DNA from: Catajapyx aquilonaris
Taxonomy: Eukaryota
Assembly: GCA_000934665.2 (NCBI GenBank)
Contig: JYFJ02002897.1
Coordinates: forward strand, 1 to 49,199
DNA: 49,199 bases
Reading direction: 5' to 3'
The notes beneath the pieces were generated by a model, which did no database searches, was not told the DNA's origin, and saw nothing but the letters and a program-made list of their open reading frames with translations. Below, in pieces: positions 23,671-36,055 of the stretch. Positions within the stretch are counted from its first letter, which is position 1. Each line of letters starts with the position of its first letter. A program made the position numbers and the translations under genes.

Positions 23671-24829
23671 CTCTGACTTATCGGTTGTTCCAGCCGAGGC
23701 AGATGCTTCTGAAGCATCGGGGATGTAATCGGGGTCGTCAGGATCATTGTCAACAACAGTGACATCCTCATGGTATGTTGCATCAATCTCTTCCTCTTCC
23801 TCCTCCACCCCTGTAGCTTCAACCTCTTCTGACACCACTGTCTCTTCCTGAGCCACCTGGGGGTCTGTGAGGGGATCCTGCTGCACTACTTCCTCCTGCA
23901 CCACAGACTCTGTATATGAAAAAAACCAAAATTAGAAACTGAAAGTACACATTATCAGTCCTAAATTTATATGTCTCAATTTGACGGTAAATTTTCCAAG
24001 TGTGACTAGGCATTACAATACAAAATGCATCCAAATTGCAGCAGTGTACATGCGAAACACACACTCCTATCAGGCAGGACACGCTAACTTGCCATTGACA
24101 TCATAGTTTTGTTTACCCACTCCTAGTCAACAGGAATCTACCGAACACAACCCCGGATCCTCCCACTTTTCAAGTTTCCATGGAGATGTCCTCACACAAC
24201 AATATAATTATGGGTAAACAGTGTCGACAAAAGGAACACCGCTCATGTGAGGGCATCGCCATGGGAACTAGAAAAGTGGGAGGTCCCAAGGGTGTGCGTT
24301 TGGCAGATTTCCATCGACTCTAACCAAATCGATGACGTCAATGGCAAGTTAGTGTGGCCTGCCTATAACAAAACTTTGTACCTTCTTCCACAACCACAGG
24401 CTGAAACGCAACCTTCTTTTTCCTCCTCTTGGCAGGCGGTTCCTGCACCTCCACCCTGGACACCTCATGCCGCTGACTGGCACCAGGAAACACCGTGTGC
24501 GTCTCAATCCTGCTCTTGGCCACCAGCTGGTCCCTCACTTCATCCTTCAATGTCTCCAACCCTCCTTCCAACCGGTCGATGGTGTTCAGGAGGACAAAGC
24601 ACTTCCGACAGACAGCATCAGAGTCTGACGCAACGATCACAAGCTGATCCGCAATGTGCCCAATCTTCTCCACCAATTTGGTCTTGGACGTCTGCGTCTC
24701 ACAGCTCAGCAGCTCATAACTCTGCAGCTTCGAGGTGATGGGCTTACGGCATATGAAGCACTCGGTGGCCACCCGAGAGGACGTCGATGTGGTCACCACA
24801 ACAGCTGGCATTCCTTTCTTCCGCTCCAT
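23671..24829 (-). CDS. Common 5' exons of the ZAD-like zinc-finger gene: 24829-24382 (C4 ZAD-like domain, basic NLS-like stretch) and 23909-23671 (acidic linker)
   Basis: CFICR...VCRKCFVLLNTIDRLE has the CxxC...CxxC plus helix layout of a ZAD; PPAKRRKKK is NLS-like. Phase-1 junction EEG|AG. The linker has DPDDPDYIP and ends with a strong phase-0 donor GAG|gtgaga. Confidence 0.8.
24124..24322. mobile_element. Degenerate inverted-repeat element (MITE-like) in an intron
   Basis: Imperfect arms of about 75 bp: ...cctcccacttttcaagtttccatggagatgtcctcaca versus tgtgagggcatcgccatgggaactagaaaagtgggagg... Confidence 0.65.
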
Positions 24830-25261
24830 TTCTGCTGACTGCCTTTTTTCCCCCTGTGGAACATTGTTTCTTTTAGTAACCGTCACCTCATTACAAGTAC
24901 ATTGTACTTGTTAAGACACTCGGGCATTATAATACTGTTCCGTAATCACACACTGAACTTCTGAAGGTCAGCTAATTCAGGTCAGCTTCAGGTAAAGAAG
25001 GTCAAAAATTCCATAGCGTTCGAATAAAAATTCTGATCCGGCTTGTTCTATTTCCAGCCTATCATTCCCCCAAATCCCCCAACTTACTATCGACGTGTGG
25101 TCCTCTGCCGCTGCTCCGACTATTGCTAGACTCGTGCTGACCCCTCAGGTCAAGAGTCAGGGACCGTAATGCGTCCGATGGTCACAGATTTTCGAACGGC
25201 CGCAAACTCGAAAGAAAGTCGCCTTCCTTTTGGCGCATCCAAAATGGAAGCCGCAAACCGT

Positions 25262-25277
25262 CCCGTGACGTCACGGG
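25262..25277. promoter_or_regulatory. Perfect 16-bp palindrome containing a CRE (CCCGTGACGTCACGGG) in the divergent ZAD/MADF promoter region
   Basis: Seen directly; TGACGTCA is the CREB/ATF consensus. Function is inferred from position only. Confidence 0.45.
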
Positions 25278-25793
25278 TTTGACCGGGGAAAAAAATTGAA
25301 TTACTTGTGCACACAATATGATACGTGTTAAATTATTTTAATAATTAAATATGCTAAAATTATTAACCGCACTGGCAGTCTTGGCTTAATCGTCAAAGTA
25401 CGGTTCGGACAGCGCCACCTGCGCTTCATTCGTTAAAGAGTTGGAATAATTGTGTATTGTTAATTGTAATTATTATATTTGCACTTTAGCCGTGTTTTAA
25501 AATGTCTCGTTAATATTTTGAGACTCGGGGCAGCCCAGGGGCCATTGAATCATGATGGCCCCCGTTGCACCACTCTAGTTGATACACTAGTTGATACAAG
25601 ACGCTCCGGATTTTTTGCGAACAAGTTTTGGCGCTTTTATGTTCATAAAATATGACTCGTTCAATACATTTGTTACTTCAACACTTTTGCACTTTCGGAT
25701 TTCAATAAGTAGACCGCCACAAGAAGGAAAGATCTGAGCCTGCTTGTGTTGTGCCGTAGTGTTATGTGACAGCGGAGACACTTTAAGAGGAAG

Positions 25794-26617
25794 ATGGCCA
25801 GTCTGGACGAGAAGCTGATTCAGGTGATGAAGCTGTACCCTAACTTGTACAACACTTCGTCGAGGCTGCACCGTGACAGCGGGATGAGGGAGACCAGCTG
25901 GCTCAACGTGGCACAGGAGCTGGAGATCTCAGGCGAGTACATGCTGAGGCGTGTACAGGCCGATTGTGCGAGCGGATCAGTTGTCCCTTGCAGTGTTGGA
26001 CGCACAGCGCAGATGGAAGAACCTGAGGGACCGCTTCACCAGGGAGAGACGCTTGCTGTTGCGGAGGCAGACTGAGAGCGACCCGAACTCTGTATGCCGG
26101 TGGCCGCTCTACGAGTCCATGCATTACTACTCGCAGTACTGCATGCTCCGGAAGTAAGCTGTCTTTAAGATCACTGGTTGTAGTTCCACTGCGACTGCTC
26201 ATTTCCAGATATCCGGGTGTAACTGATACTCCTGACCACAGAAAGGTGAAGAAGTCAGATGAAACGTCTGTGAAGGATGACCCAAGTAGCGATGCCGAGT
26301 CCACTGAATCGACTGAGGTTGCATCCCACGATGTTCTGTCACGGATGAGCACTCCTTCCCCTGAACTTTCCGAAGTGAGGCCATCGTCCGAGTCAAGCCG
26401 GGGCGGAGGTGACAAGCGGAAGGCAAGCAGCATCGCAGGCAGCAGCAGCCTGGAGCTGGACCTGTTGAGAGATCTGAGAAGACTGAGGGAGGACGACTCG
26501 GAGCTGTTTGGACGCCACGTTGCAGCCACCCTTCGAAGTCTCCCTATGCACAAGAGTGCACTGGCAAAGCTGAGAATACAGCAACTCCTGTATGAATTTG
26601 AGGTCAATGGTGAATAA
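25794..26617 (+). CDS. MADF-BESS transcription factor. Exons 25794-25932, 25994-26153, 26209-26617
   Basis: MADF pattern LIQVMKLYPNLYN...W..VAQEL...RRWKNLRDRFTRE...WPLYESM; BESS-like C-terminus DSELFGRHVAATLRSLP...AKLRIQQLLYE. The first intron is modelled as GC-AG. Confidence 0.87.
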
Positions 26618-26980
26618 ACGTTCGTGTTCAGTCTTTTCATGCTGGTTTTATGCATTATGTGCAGTACGAAACCTGTATTTAGGTGTTTTCAAGCTTGTTA
26701 GGACTCAGGTTCATGAGTGAGTAAAGAGGAACTATTGCAGGTACATTTATTGCTTTCTCCGCTAGTCATCCGATAATTAATTGTACAGTAGGTACACAGG
26801 TAATTTATTTATATCAGGTGGGAGAGATGCTAGATTGAGCTCTTTTGACAGGAGATTGGCTCTGGAGCTTAGCATGGAAGACAACCCTGAAGATAATGTT
26901 CTGTATTACGATGAACGATACTCCCGACATACATACTGGTCAATGAGCTTGCGAAAGGGCCAGTGCTACTCGCTAATAAT

Positions 26981-28085
26981 TTAGAGACAACCTGTGGGAT
27001 AAGGAACAGTGTCCAGGCACATTGGAGGTACGAGGTCTCCACTGCCGAGCACATCTGAAAGCTCAAATGGCATGGGAATAAACTCATCGTCCTGCTCCAA
27101 GCCTGGAGTAAAAATATCATTCTCCAGTGTAGCATCCTCTAACTTGATGATCTTCCTCTCCTTCTTCAGGTGTGTCTTCCTGTGCTTCAAAAGATGCCAA
27201 CTGGTTGTACTGAATTTACCGCAAGTCTCGCACTGGTATGTCTTTTGTCTCTTCCCATGATGCAGCATGTTGTGTGTCCACAACGATGCGGCTTGCCTGA
27301 ACCTCCGTCCGCACAGCTCGCAGACTATTGGCTTCTCCCCAGTGTGGATCAAGCGATGCGCATCGTATGCTGCACGTGCAACAAAACCATGCCCACACTC
27401 AGCGCATGTGTGTCTGAACTCCCCACGATGTATGCTCAAGTGCGCTTTAACCCCACTTTTGGAGCGGTACACCTTCCCACAGACCTCGCACACAAAGCTG
27501 CTCATCCGGCGTTCCTCAGGCCTGTTGATGGCACGTGGCCGGATCTGATCGTCCAGCTTGTTGCGTATGGACCGCTTCAATGTTGCAAGACTATTTTCCA
27601 TGCGGTCAATGGTGTTGAGCGACCTGCAGCACCGGCGGCACACGCTTGCCCCAGGGCGCACCTCGACCTCACCTACGTCCGCAACTACTTCAGCCAGTCT
27701 CCTTCGACTGGCTGATGCCGGAGTGTCCATCGGGATCATCTCCGGTTCAGTCTCACGGCAGATGAAGCACCGTTCCGGGCTGTGAAAACACATTTGTTTA
27801 GAGCATTGTTTGGTTCCATGTATGTATGTATGTGGTTCACCTCTTTTCCTCTTCCTTGCCCCTGTGTCCAGGCCTCCTCCGTCCCGTCCTCTGTCCCATC
27901 CCACCCCCGCTGTCCTGTCCCAGTATCTGCTCCCTGTCCCTCTTCCAGTCGTACACTCTCTGTCTGGGCAGACCAAACTCCAGGGCAGTCTGGTTCCCGT
28001 TGCCATTCAGCTCGTCCAGCCGGCGGAGGACCCGCATCTTCAGCTCCAGGCTGTACAGACGCTGCTTCGTCCCTGTCTTGCCCAT
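26981..28085 (-). CDS. Brinker/CENP-B-type HTH + ZAD-like + 4 C2H2 finger protein. Exons 28085-27841 and 27779-26981
   Basis: Exon 1 YSLELKMRVL...GNQTALEFGLPRQRVYDWKR resembles BrkDBD/pogo HTH. Phase-2 GT-AG junction AG|C joins it to SPERCFICR...VCRRCCRSLNTIDRME and four C2H2 fingers. Confidence 0.82.
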
Positions 28086-28299
28086 GGTTTGGATCGCGGT
28101 ACGGCCTTCTACATGATGCTACACAATCATTACAATGCGGTACAGAGCAAGACCAGATGGCGCGATGGAATGCGGCGAATTGTTGCGGCGACGGCGAGGG
28201 AAACACTTCCAAGGGTTTTTTTTCTCCCTTAAGCGGGCGGCGCGAGAGCGGGACATACAAATGGAGAACCGCCAAATATTGATTTCATAATCGCAGCTT

Positions 28300-28715
28300 G
28301 CAATTACATAAATTATTATTATTGCAATATTATTTTAAACATATCCTTAGAGCCTCCTGAAGTATTTTTCGAATAAATTTACTTTCATAAATTACTCTCA
28401 TAAAACCGTTTCATGAAATAATATTAGGCCTACTCTCATTAAAAAATTTCATAAAATTACTGACATAAAATTGCTTCATAAAAATACTTTCATAAATTAA
28501 TTCACCGGTACAGTACAGTGCAGTACAGTACTGTAAATTACTTTCATAAATTAATTACATAAATTAATCAAATAAAATTGTTTCATAAAAATTACTCTCA
28601 TTATTGCAATATGATCCGAAACCTACGGCTGGAATAAATTTTCGTCCCACTGCACTGCTATAGAACTTAGAGCCTCCTAACAAAGTATTTTTCGAATACG
28701 TAAAATTACTTTTTT
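28300..28715. repeat. AT-rich degenerate minisatellite (aaattact(t/c)tcata units) with a flanking direct repeat
   Basis: Many aaattactttcataa-like units; ttagagcctcct...aagtatttttcgaata occurs near 28347 and 28667. Confidence 0.6.
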
Positions 28716-29783
28716 TCCAATTAAACCCATAATTAGCATTGGAAATATTAAAATATTATTACGATCATCGCGCGCATTTCAGGTCTCCAAATAACTCTGA
28801 CCGTGCAATTTTTCACCACTTGTTCCTTAGGGTCATTTAAGTCGAAAAATAATCGTCAGTCAATAGCAACGTGCTGGGCCAGGCGCAAAATACAATCGGC
28901 AATAAAAGGCCTGCAAATTAGTCGTGTTCTTTCGCCGCCCAATTTCTTTGACAGCATTTTTTGGTGGGTGGGAGCGAAAAGAAATCCAGCAGCAAGAGGT
29001 GAATAGATTTAACAAGTTGATGGATCGATCCGAGTGACGTGACACGGAAGGAACAAGTTACGCTCATTGATTAGAGGGAATCAAGGGAGGGAGAGAAGGT
29101 ATATAGGCGGGTATATAGCGTGGATGAAGGTTCCGTGCTCTTTCAGTCAAGATGAGGCGGCGGTCTGGGCTGCACAGTTCGCTGCCCCTCAGTCTAGTAG
29201 TTGTACCCACTTGAGCTGACACCACAACGTATACTACTGAGACAACCACCTGCATATACATTACCCCTACGTACACATTCCTGCTGACCTGGTGAGTGCA
29301 TTTATGCCTGCTCGTGATTTAAACGCCACTTCTTGCTGGTTGGGCCCATGGGAATATTCGGCTGTGGACCTGCTGATGGTCTCACGCAAAGGCTCACTCG
29401 GAGTTAATATTCGATATACAGGCTGCATTTCCTGGTTGGGTGAACCATTCATGCCTCGGATTGTACAAGGCGATGTGTGCACTTACGGCCCAATAATGAC
29501 ATGTATGTAGTGACACAGAGGCCTGCATTGTTTGGATGTCGTGCGGATACCGGGATTTCATGCTGTCTGGCGTATATTTCCCAAGAAATCGGATAGTCAG
29601 TGGAAGCCAATTTTGGCGATATAAATTCACGGGGGGCCATTTGAGTGCAACTGCATGTGGCATTTTCATAGGGATATAAATCAACAACGCTATTTTGGAT
29701 CCATCAGGCTAACAGTCATGACACCCAAATGCGATAACTCAGGGCAATAAGACGCTCGCAAAAGACGAGGATCTGGCGTATAC

Positions 29784-30208
29784 CAGGGTGTATCTGAACT
29801 CAGTGCCCCGACGTATATGACTGCCTTCCTAGCCACCAGAGGATTGATTTAAGTATAGGAGTCATATGTCTGGGCAGCCTCATTACTGAGATACACTCTT
29901 TAGCGATTTTTGCCTAATCGCTCCTTCTGACTTTTAAATAGAATTTTCTGGTGTAACTAGCCAAAGAGGCCTTACCACCTGTGGGCAACAAACCAACAAA
30001 GTCCCGCCCCCAGACCTTCCAGAGCCTTCTGACTGGGGGAGGGTTCGATGGGTGGCCTAACCGACAGGATATTTTGTACTACATGTTTGCGGCCAATTAT
30101 CTCCGTAATGAGGCTGCCCAGACATAATGACTCCTATACTTAAATCGATCCTCTGGTGGCTAGGAAGGCAGTCATATACGTCGGGGCACTGAGTTCAGAT
30201 ACACCCTG
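29784..30208. mobile_element. Tc1/mariner-type MITE with TIRs of about 110 bp
   Basis: cagggtgtatctgaactcagtgccccgacgtatatgactgccttcctagcc... mirrored by ...ggcactgagttcagatacaccctg-TA; arms are near-identical. Confidence 0.88.
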
Positions 30209-31554
30209 TATTGTATGTTTATCGCATTAGGATATGAAAACGAGTGTTATGACAATTCTACGCCCCAGTTGATTATTACAGTAGGCCTACCTAAAATTGT
30301 GATAAATATTAATACTTTACGGATTGTGATAATTTTCCTTCCAAGCGTGTTGCCTGTTGACAGTGGTACTGACAAGTTAGCAGTGACGAGCAGTGGGAAG
30401 GAAAGACTCGTTGTAAACAGCCTGACAGTCATGATGTTTAAATTAATAAAAATCGCGTTTTTGTAAAGTCGACTTATAACACAAATAGCAGCGTACTGTG
30501 TACTTTTTCAAATAAAATTACTCATATAAAATGAGTAGTTCGTCATTATGAAAACTATATAGGTACGAATCTTTCAGAAAACAGGAATTTCAGATTTAGT
30601 GAGATTTTTCACGACCAAGGTGACCTGGTTCACTGGGAGATTGACCATTTTGAAAATTTTCCATATATTTGAAATAGTAATTTAGAGTTAAGTTGATGCC
30701 TGCAACTAAGAATTAACACACTTTTGACAACAGCCTGGTTTTGATAATGACCTATTCAAATAAGTCAACACTGCCCCCTAAAAATGTCACGATCAGTATA
30801 CCAAACGATATTTACCCCACTCCTGATATCCATTATGTGTCAACATGATTAAAGCAGGCTGCCTATGAAAGGTTTCTCCGGGAAAATGCCCCTGGGAAGA
30901 AGATTGAGTAAGCCAACGAACCCTAACCCACACACACACCTGGACTCCTCCCAATTTCCCTGCTTGCGATCAATGTCTTTTTTTTCGCCATAATGCCTAC
31001 TTCCCGTCTGCTTGGAAACATGACTGAGTCACTAAGTAGTCTACGTCTTGTACCAGGCACAGTGTGTCTCAAAAAAAATTGGGGTTTGGGGGGGTGGATG
31101 GGGGAAATGGGGGAGCTCCCAGACTACTTTACAGGTCATTAGAGAGATGGGTGATCAAGTGGGGAGCCGTCACATTGCTACCAATCGATTTCTTACCAAT
31201 CATCAACACTCTATTTTGCTTCCGGGCATCCAAGGCCGTTCCCAAGTGATTTCCATTTGCCCCCCAAAACTCGAGGAAAGTCAAGCTTACGTAAAACCTC
31301 GGGTCGTAACCGCTGATGAATTGGGCCCGACTTTGAAAAATCGGTCGAGGAATTAATCACCCCTCCGTCACGCTGAGACCTGACATGGGCATGCCGATAA
31401 TTTTACCCTTTTTAACTCTTCGTGTCCACCCTGCCGAGCTGGGTAGAAAAGGAAGGGTTTGGACCACCTTATGCAACTGACCACAGGAGGCTGGATGATT
31501 TGTGTCACATTATTCGTTACAGTGTAAGTCATGGAATGGGGATGAAGGCCAACG

Positions 31555-34500
31555 ATGGGTTCCAGAAGCAAACTGAACCGAACCAACTCTGCGCCTCAAC
31601 TTCTTCCGACATGTCCCAACAGACCGTCCACAGCCAAAAGACCACCGCGTGTCCTCCGCAAACAGCTGTCGGTGGACGCCTCAGGTGCTGCCTCCTGGGC
31701 CAAGATCAACCCGGCTAGACCTGCAGGGCTGCCCCGGGTACGGATATTCGCCCCGGGGTCTAAGATAGGGGTGGAGGTAGATGAGGAGCCGCAGTCGGTC
31801 AGATGGTGCGGAGACAAGCGGAATGTCAAGCTGTCCACCGACACCAGCCTCAGGGTTCACAACCCGTATCTGCCTGTGCCAGGCTACGGGCGACACTTCC
31901 CACAAAACAAGGAGGTGCTGGCCAAACCCAGGGGCAAGCACAGGGAGGTACAGGTGGCTTGGGAGGACAAGGGAAGACCAGAGGAAGAGCAGGTGGTGGA
32001 CAACAAGAGGCAGCAGGATGGTGAGTTCCTGGTGGTTGCCCAGAAGGTGACACAGAAGAGGCCCTCGCTGGACGAGGAGCTGCTGTTCATCACCAGGGAC
32101 AAACCGCCGCCGGTACAGCCCACCAGGTTGAACCTCGATATTTTTATACACGACACGCTGGACGTACCCAGCGAGGACGACCGGTCGTCATCGTTCAGCA
32201 GTCCGGTTAACACGCCGGTGATGGCCGTCGCTCCAGAGCCAATCAGGCCCAAACCGGAGGTTAAGGTCAGCAAGAGGCGGGACAGGTCCATCAAGTCAGC
32301 ACCGGTACGGACCAGGCGAAAGAGCGGTAAGGAGACCAGGACCGCAGAGGAAGAGTCATCAGGAGGCGAGGACGAGGAGGAACAGCAGGCTGTCAAGGGC
32401 AAAAAGGTCCTGCATGTGGAGACAGCACCCGCCGTGGTCACAATGGTGTCACTGGTCAGCCCGACACCAAGCGACAACGAGTGTGACACATCCTGCAGGC
32501 TGGACCACCCGGTGACCGAAGGAGTGGACAAGAACAGGCTGTTTCCTCCAGGTCGAGGCCGAGCCATGATGAGAGCAAGGTTGAAGGAACATGTCACTTT
32601 CCAAGTGGACGGCGACAAAGGTAAAATGCACGTATTGCCAGCATATTGCGGTCATTTAATTTACGCAAAGTAGGGGCTAATGAGCGTATCATAAATCACC
32701 GTAATTTGATGCAGGCAACCATAATCCGGATAGTTTAAATTTTTCGGGGGTCGAATTCCGGCACCACATTTTCCCAGGCGAGGTTAGAAGGTTGCATGCC
32801 ATCGCAAAATTTGCTTTTTCTGCCGGCCAGGATCTTCCGTGCTGAATGAGGGAGGTGGTGTATACATCAGTTGGGGGAGGAAAAAGCTTGCAAAACTCCG
32901 GAGCAATGTTTGCCCCCGATGACTTTCGACAGGGGTACAGCCTTCGACCTCGACACGCGATGTTCCACTACCACCCTAATACCTCTATTCGCCAATCGAT
33001 CCTGCTGTTCGATTGTGTCCACACGGAAGCTTTAATGTGTCACCAGGGTCCAAGACTGCAATTTTGTCCCCTGACACCTGGCATGTACTCTCACTTCTAA
33101 CCTTGGCCGTGTCGATATGACCGCGATGTATCGATATTCATGGGTGGCGTATTCGCCCACGCGATTGGCCAGTTACTGGCCGTGATTGGCTGTGGCTGCT
33201 TCGACTCCTCCCATTTTTTTCAGATTAGATTGTACAGGAATCACTGCCTCGTTCAACCTTTTACAAATTTCGTTTCCATGCAGGTGACAAATTGACCAGC
33301 GTGGCTCAGCACAAAGGTTCGATGTCGTCGATGTCCCCTGGCAAGACGACACCTTCACATGGTACGAGCAGGGCCAAGGAACTGTGGAAGCAGGCCCGTA
33401 AGAAACGGGCCATCAGGAGTGCACCGGTACCACCACCCCCACCGGACAGGTAATAACCGGTAGTTAAAACACCGTAACTTTCTGACCTCTTAATTACCCA
33501 CCTCCCGAGTGGGTGTCCCCACACCGGAAAATTGGGTGAAGAAATCGGGCTTGTGCTAACGGCCTGCAAAAAAGCCAGCCCCCACCATTTTCCATTGAAA
33601 ATAAAGGCACGGCGGTCACGAAAGGGGGGGTCGTGAGACTGGCCGCATGTGTCGCCGAAATATCGGGGAAGTTCAAAGAGACCAACCTTCGAAGGTCTCT
33701 ATGCACTTGGACCGTGGGAATAATGCGGGGACATCCACGGGTCCATTTTAAACTAAATAAGTGCAGGATGGTGCCTGTACCTTTCTTGTCCTGTCCTGTT
33801 TTGATGCGTTTCAGATACATATCTGACTTAATGGCAGGGCATTCGTGACAATCAGTATTTGCATTGTAGAACACGAATTGGGGACAGTCTATTTTTTGGA
33901 CGGCTGATAAGCGTTTCCATTTATGCAGGCCGCCTGATGCCAATGTGATCGAAGAGGAGCGCAGCGAGGAACAGAGGCCCAAACCAGTCAATTTTATCAA
34001 CTCAAAGTTGTTGATGAAGGTCCGTGAGATGGAACTGGAAGAGGCGGGGGAAGATGGAAAGCCCGTGTTTCGCACAGAGAAGGAAGAAGAGTGCTGGGTG
34101 GCCTACCAGAAAATTAGACGAAAGGGCGTGTCCTTATCATTTGATACATTCCTAAGGTAAAATGCTACCTGATGTTACTATAGATTTATTTTTAACGAGC
34201 ACAACCGAGTGCACATACCCATACTCGCGCAGCTTCATTGCTCTGACAACGTTGCCAGAGTTACCAGTACCCTCTGAGGTTCGTTCCAGAGCCTTGGCAA
34301 CGTCGCAAACGTCGGCCGTTTTGTTCCAGTCCAAGCATAGCGTTGGAAATAAGTGCAGCGCTAATTGCAGAGAACTTACCAGATATAATTGGTAATTCTA
34401 ACCGTGCAAGCTGCGCGAACTGTGGTGCGCACTCTGTTGCGATTGTATTTTTAAAAAATTATCTATCCAATATTTGCCAATATATATTGTTATTTTAAAT

Positions 34501-34652
34501 TTTGGAAGACACCTGGACTAACATAATTATATTCGTCTGACCTTTTCAGGGGAATGCTGACCCCCACCGAGTACCGCTTGCTCCAAAGAGACGCACTAGT
34601 AGTGGAAATACCAAAGATGAAAGTACCTTCAGTGTCATTAGTTTCAGCGTAA
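31555..34652 (+). CDS. Uncharacterised, largely low-complexity protein with a compact C-terminal motif. Exons 31555-32620, 33284-33449, 33929-34156, 34550-34652
   Basis: Long GC-rich ORF and three phase-consistent GT-AG introns. The C-terminus reads ECWVAYQKIRRKGVSLSFDTFLR|GMLTPTEYR. The start codon is uncertain. Confidence 0.75.
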
Positions 34653-35390
34653 ACTATTCCTACCTCCAGAGGTGGCTACGTGGCGCACAAAACATATTTG
34701 CAGTATTTTCAAGCCGTAAAAAAGCTATATTTTTAACCGCCAAATATAATGTTTGACGTGCAAATAGAAGCAATAAAGAAATTTTGGTAAACACTGACAG
34801 GCTATAATTTTGTCCAGTCCCCAAAGCAGTTATAAAAAAATAAATAATGGCTACCTTTCTGAGAAATGGGGTGGGCGGTTCCTACGAAAAAATCGGTTGC
34901 CAAAAACTGGGACAAGCAGACACTTTTACGATCGTAATGGGTTCGTCTAGTGGCCAAGAAATCAAAATTGGCCCAGCATTATCCGGCTCTTCTATCAGAT
35001 AACCACCATCCAATCAATCCGGTACACTCTTCCTGTATTATACGGGATGAGATAGATCCAAGGCTGGGAAATAATCAGAAATGGCTTGCTTTTACGGGTT
35101 ACGAGGGTTATAAGACTAACCCCGTGGTGTCCTCCTTTCTGTGCGATGACCCGTTCGTGTGGTGGAAGTTGGTATCAGGCCAATAGTAAATTCACCTCAG
35201 CTTATACACGGAGGATAAAGGCATTTTGCATCGGGACACGAAAGCCTTTGGTAACATTCCCGCCACCCTTTCAGGTAGGTTGGCAATCAAAATAGTTATT
35301 ATTTCCGGGAGTCCAAAATTGCATTATTGGGATGCGCTTTTTGATTACAAGAGGATTCGTTATCTGTGTTTGATTCTTGGACGCAACTAT

Positions 35391-35521
35391 GGGTTTTCCA
35401 AAGGCGTGACCTTTGCCGATATGAAGATGTCACAGGAGCATCATGCATGTGGTAGGAAAAACCATCATTTGACATGCAGTTTTTGGGATTTTCCGATATT
35501 GAACCGATCGGGAGTATAAAA
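35391..35521 (+). promoter_or_regulatory. kappaB-like sites and TATA box of AMP gene 1
   Basis: GGGTTTTCC 35391-35399, GGAAAAACC 35455-35463, GGGATTTTCC 35485-35494, TATAAAA 35515-35521. Confidence 0.7.
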
Positions 35522-35576
35522 GAGCTCCGAACTATTTGGGACACATTACAGTTTCTAGCTTATTAGTACTCTAAAC

Positions 35577-36055
35577 ATGTCTGGTCTGAAGATCTTCATT
35601 GTCCTGGCCATTTGCTGCCTTTATGCAGTGATGGCTCAATACCAAGGTCCTCATGGAATGCACGTGGCCAGATCTGACTCGGTTCATAATGGTCGAGTCG
35701 GACAGGTGAGTTTCGACTTCTGTGTTTTCCATGCTTTGTATTAATTGAAATGTCTGTTAGCCCCACTTTAGAGTGAACGGTGGAGGTGCCGGCAACAATG
35801 GTCGCAATTATGGTGTCGGATTGGACGGATCGTTGGGAACCAAGGTTTGGCAGAGCAGGAACGGAAGGCACAGCGTTGGAGTTGGAGGGACGTACGGACG
35901 AGACTTTGGAAAGTTCCAGGTTGGTTGTCTTTCTTTCAAGTTAATGGCTTGCACAGGAAAGGGTTTATTCATAAAGATGTTATAATTTTTAGGGGCAGCC
36001 CTGGCGCAGTCAGCCAAGGTGGTCAGCTGGTGCTGGTTACCGGTTTCGCTTCTAA
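35577..36055 (+). CDS. Diptericin/attacin-C-like glycine-rich antimicrobial peptide 1 (116 aa). Exons 35577-35705, 35761-35919, 35993-36055
   Basis: Signal peptide MSGLKIFIVLAICCLYAVMA; G-domain VNGGGAGNNGRNYGVGLDGSLGTKVWQSRNGRHSVGVGGTYGRDFG...PRWSAGAGYRFRF. Both introns are phase 0 GT-AG. Confidence 0.85.

Noticed and set aside
25903..26655. 250-aa minus-strand ORF
   Set aside because: Antisense to the MADF-BESS gene, with no independent features.
29000..29760. GC-balanced stretch with short ORFs, possibly retroelement-derived
   Set aside because: No gag, RT or integrase motif and no defined termini recognised.
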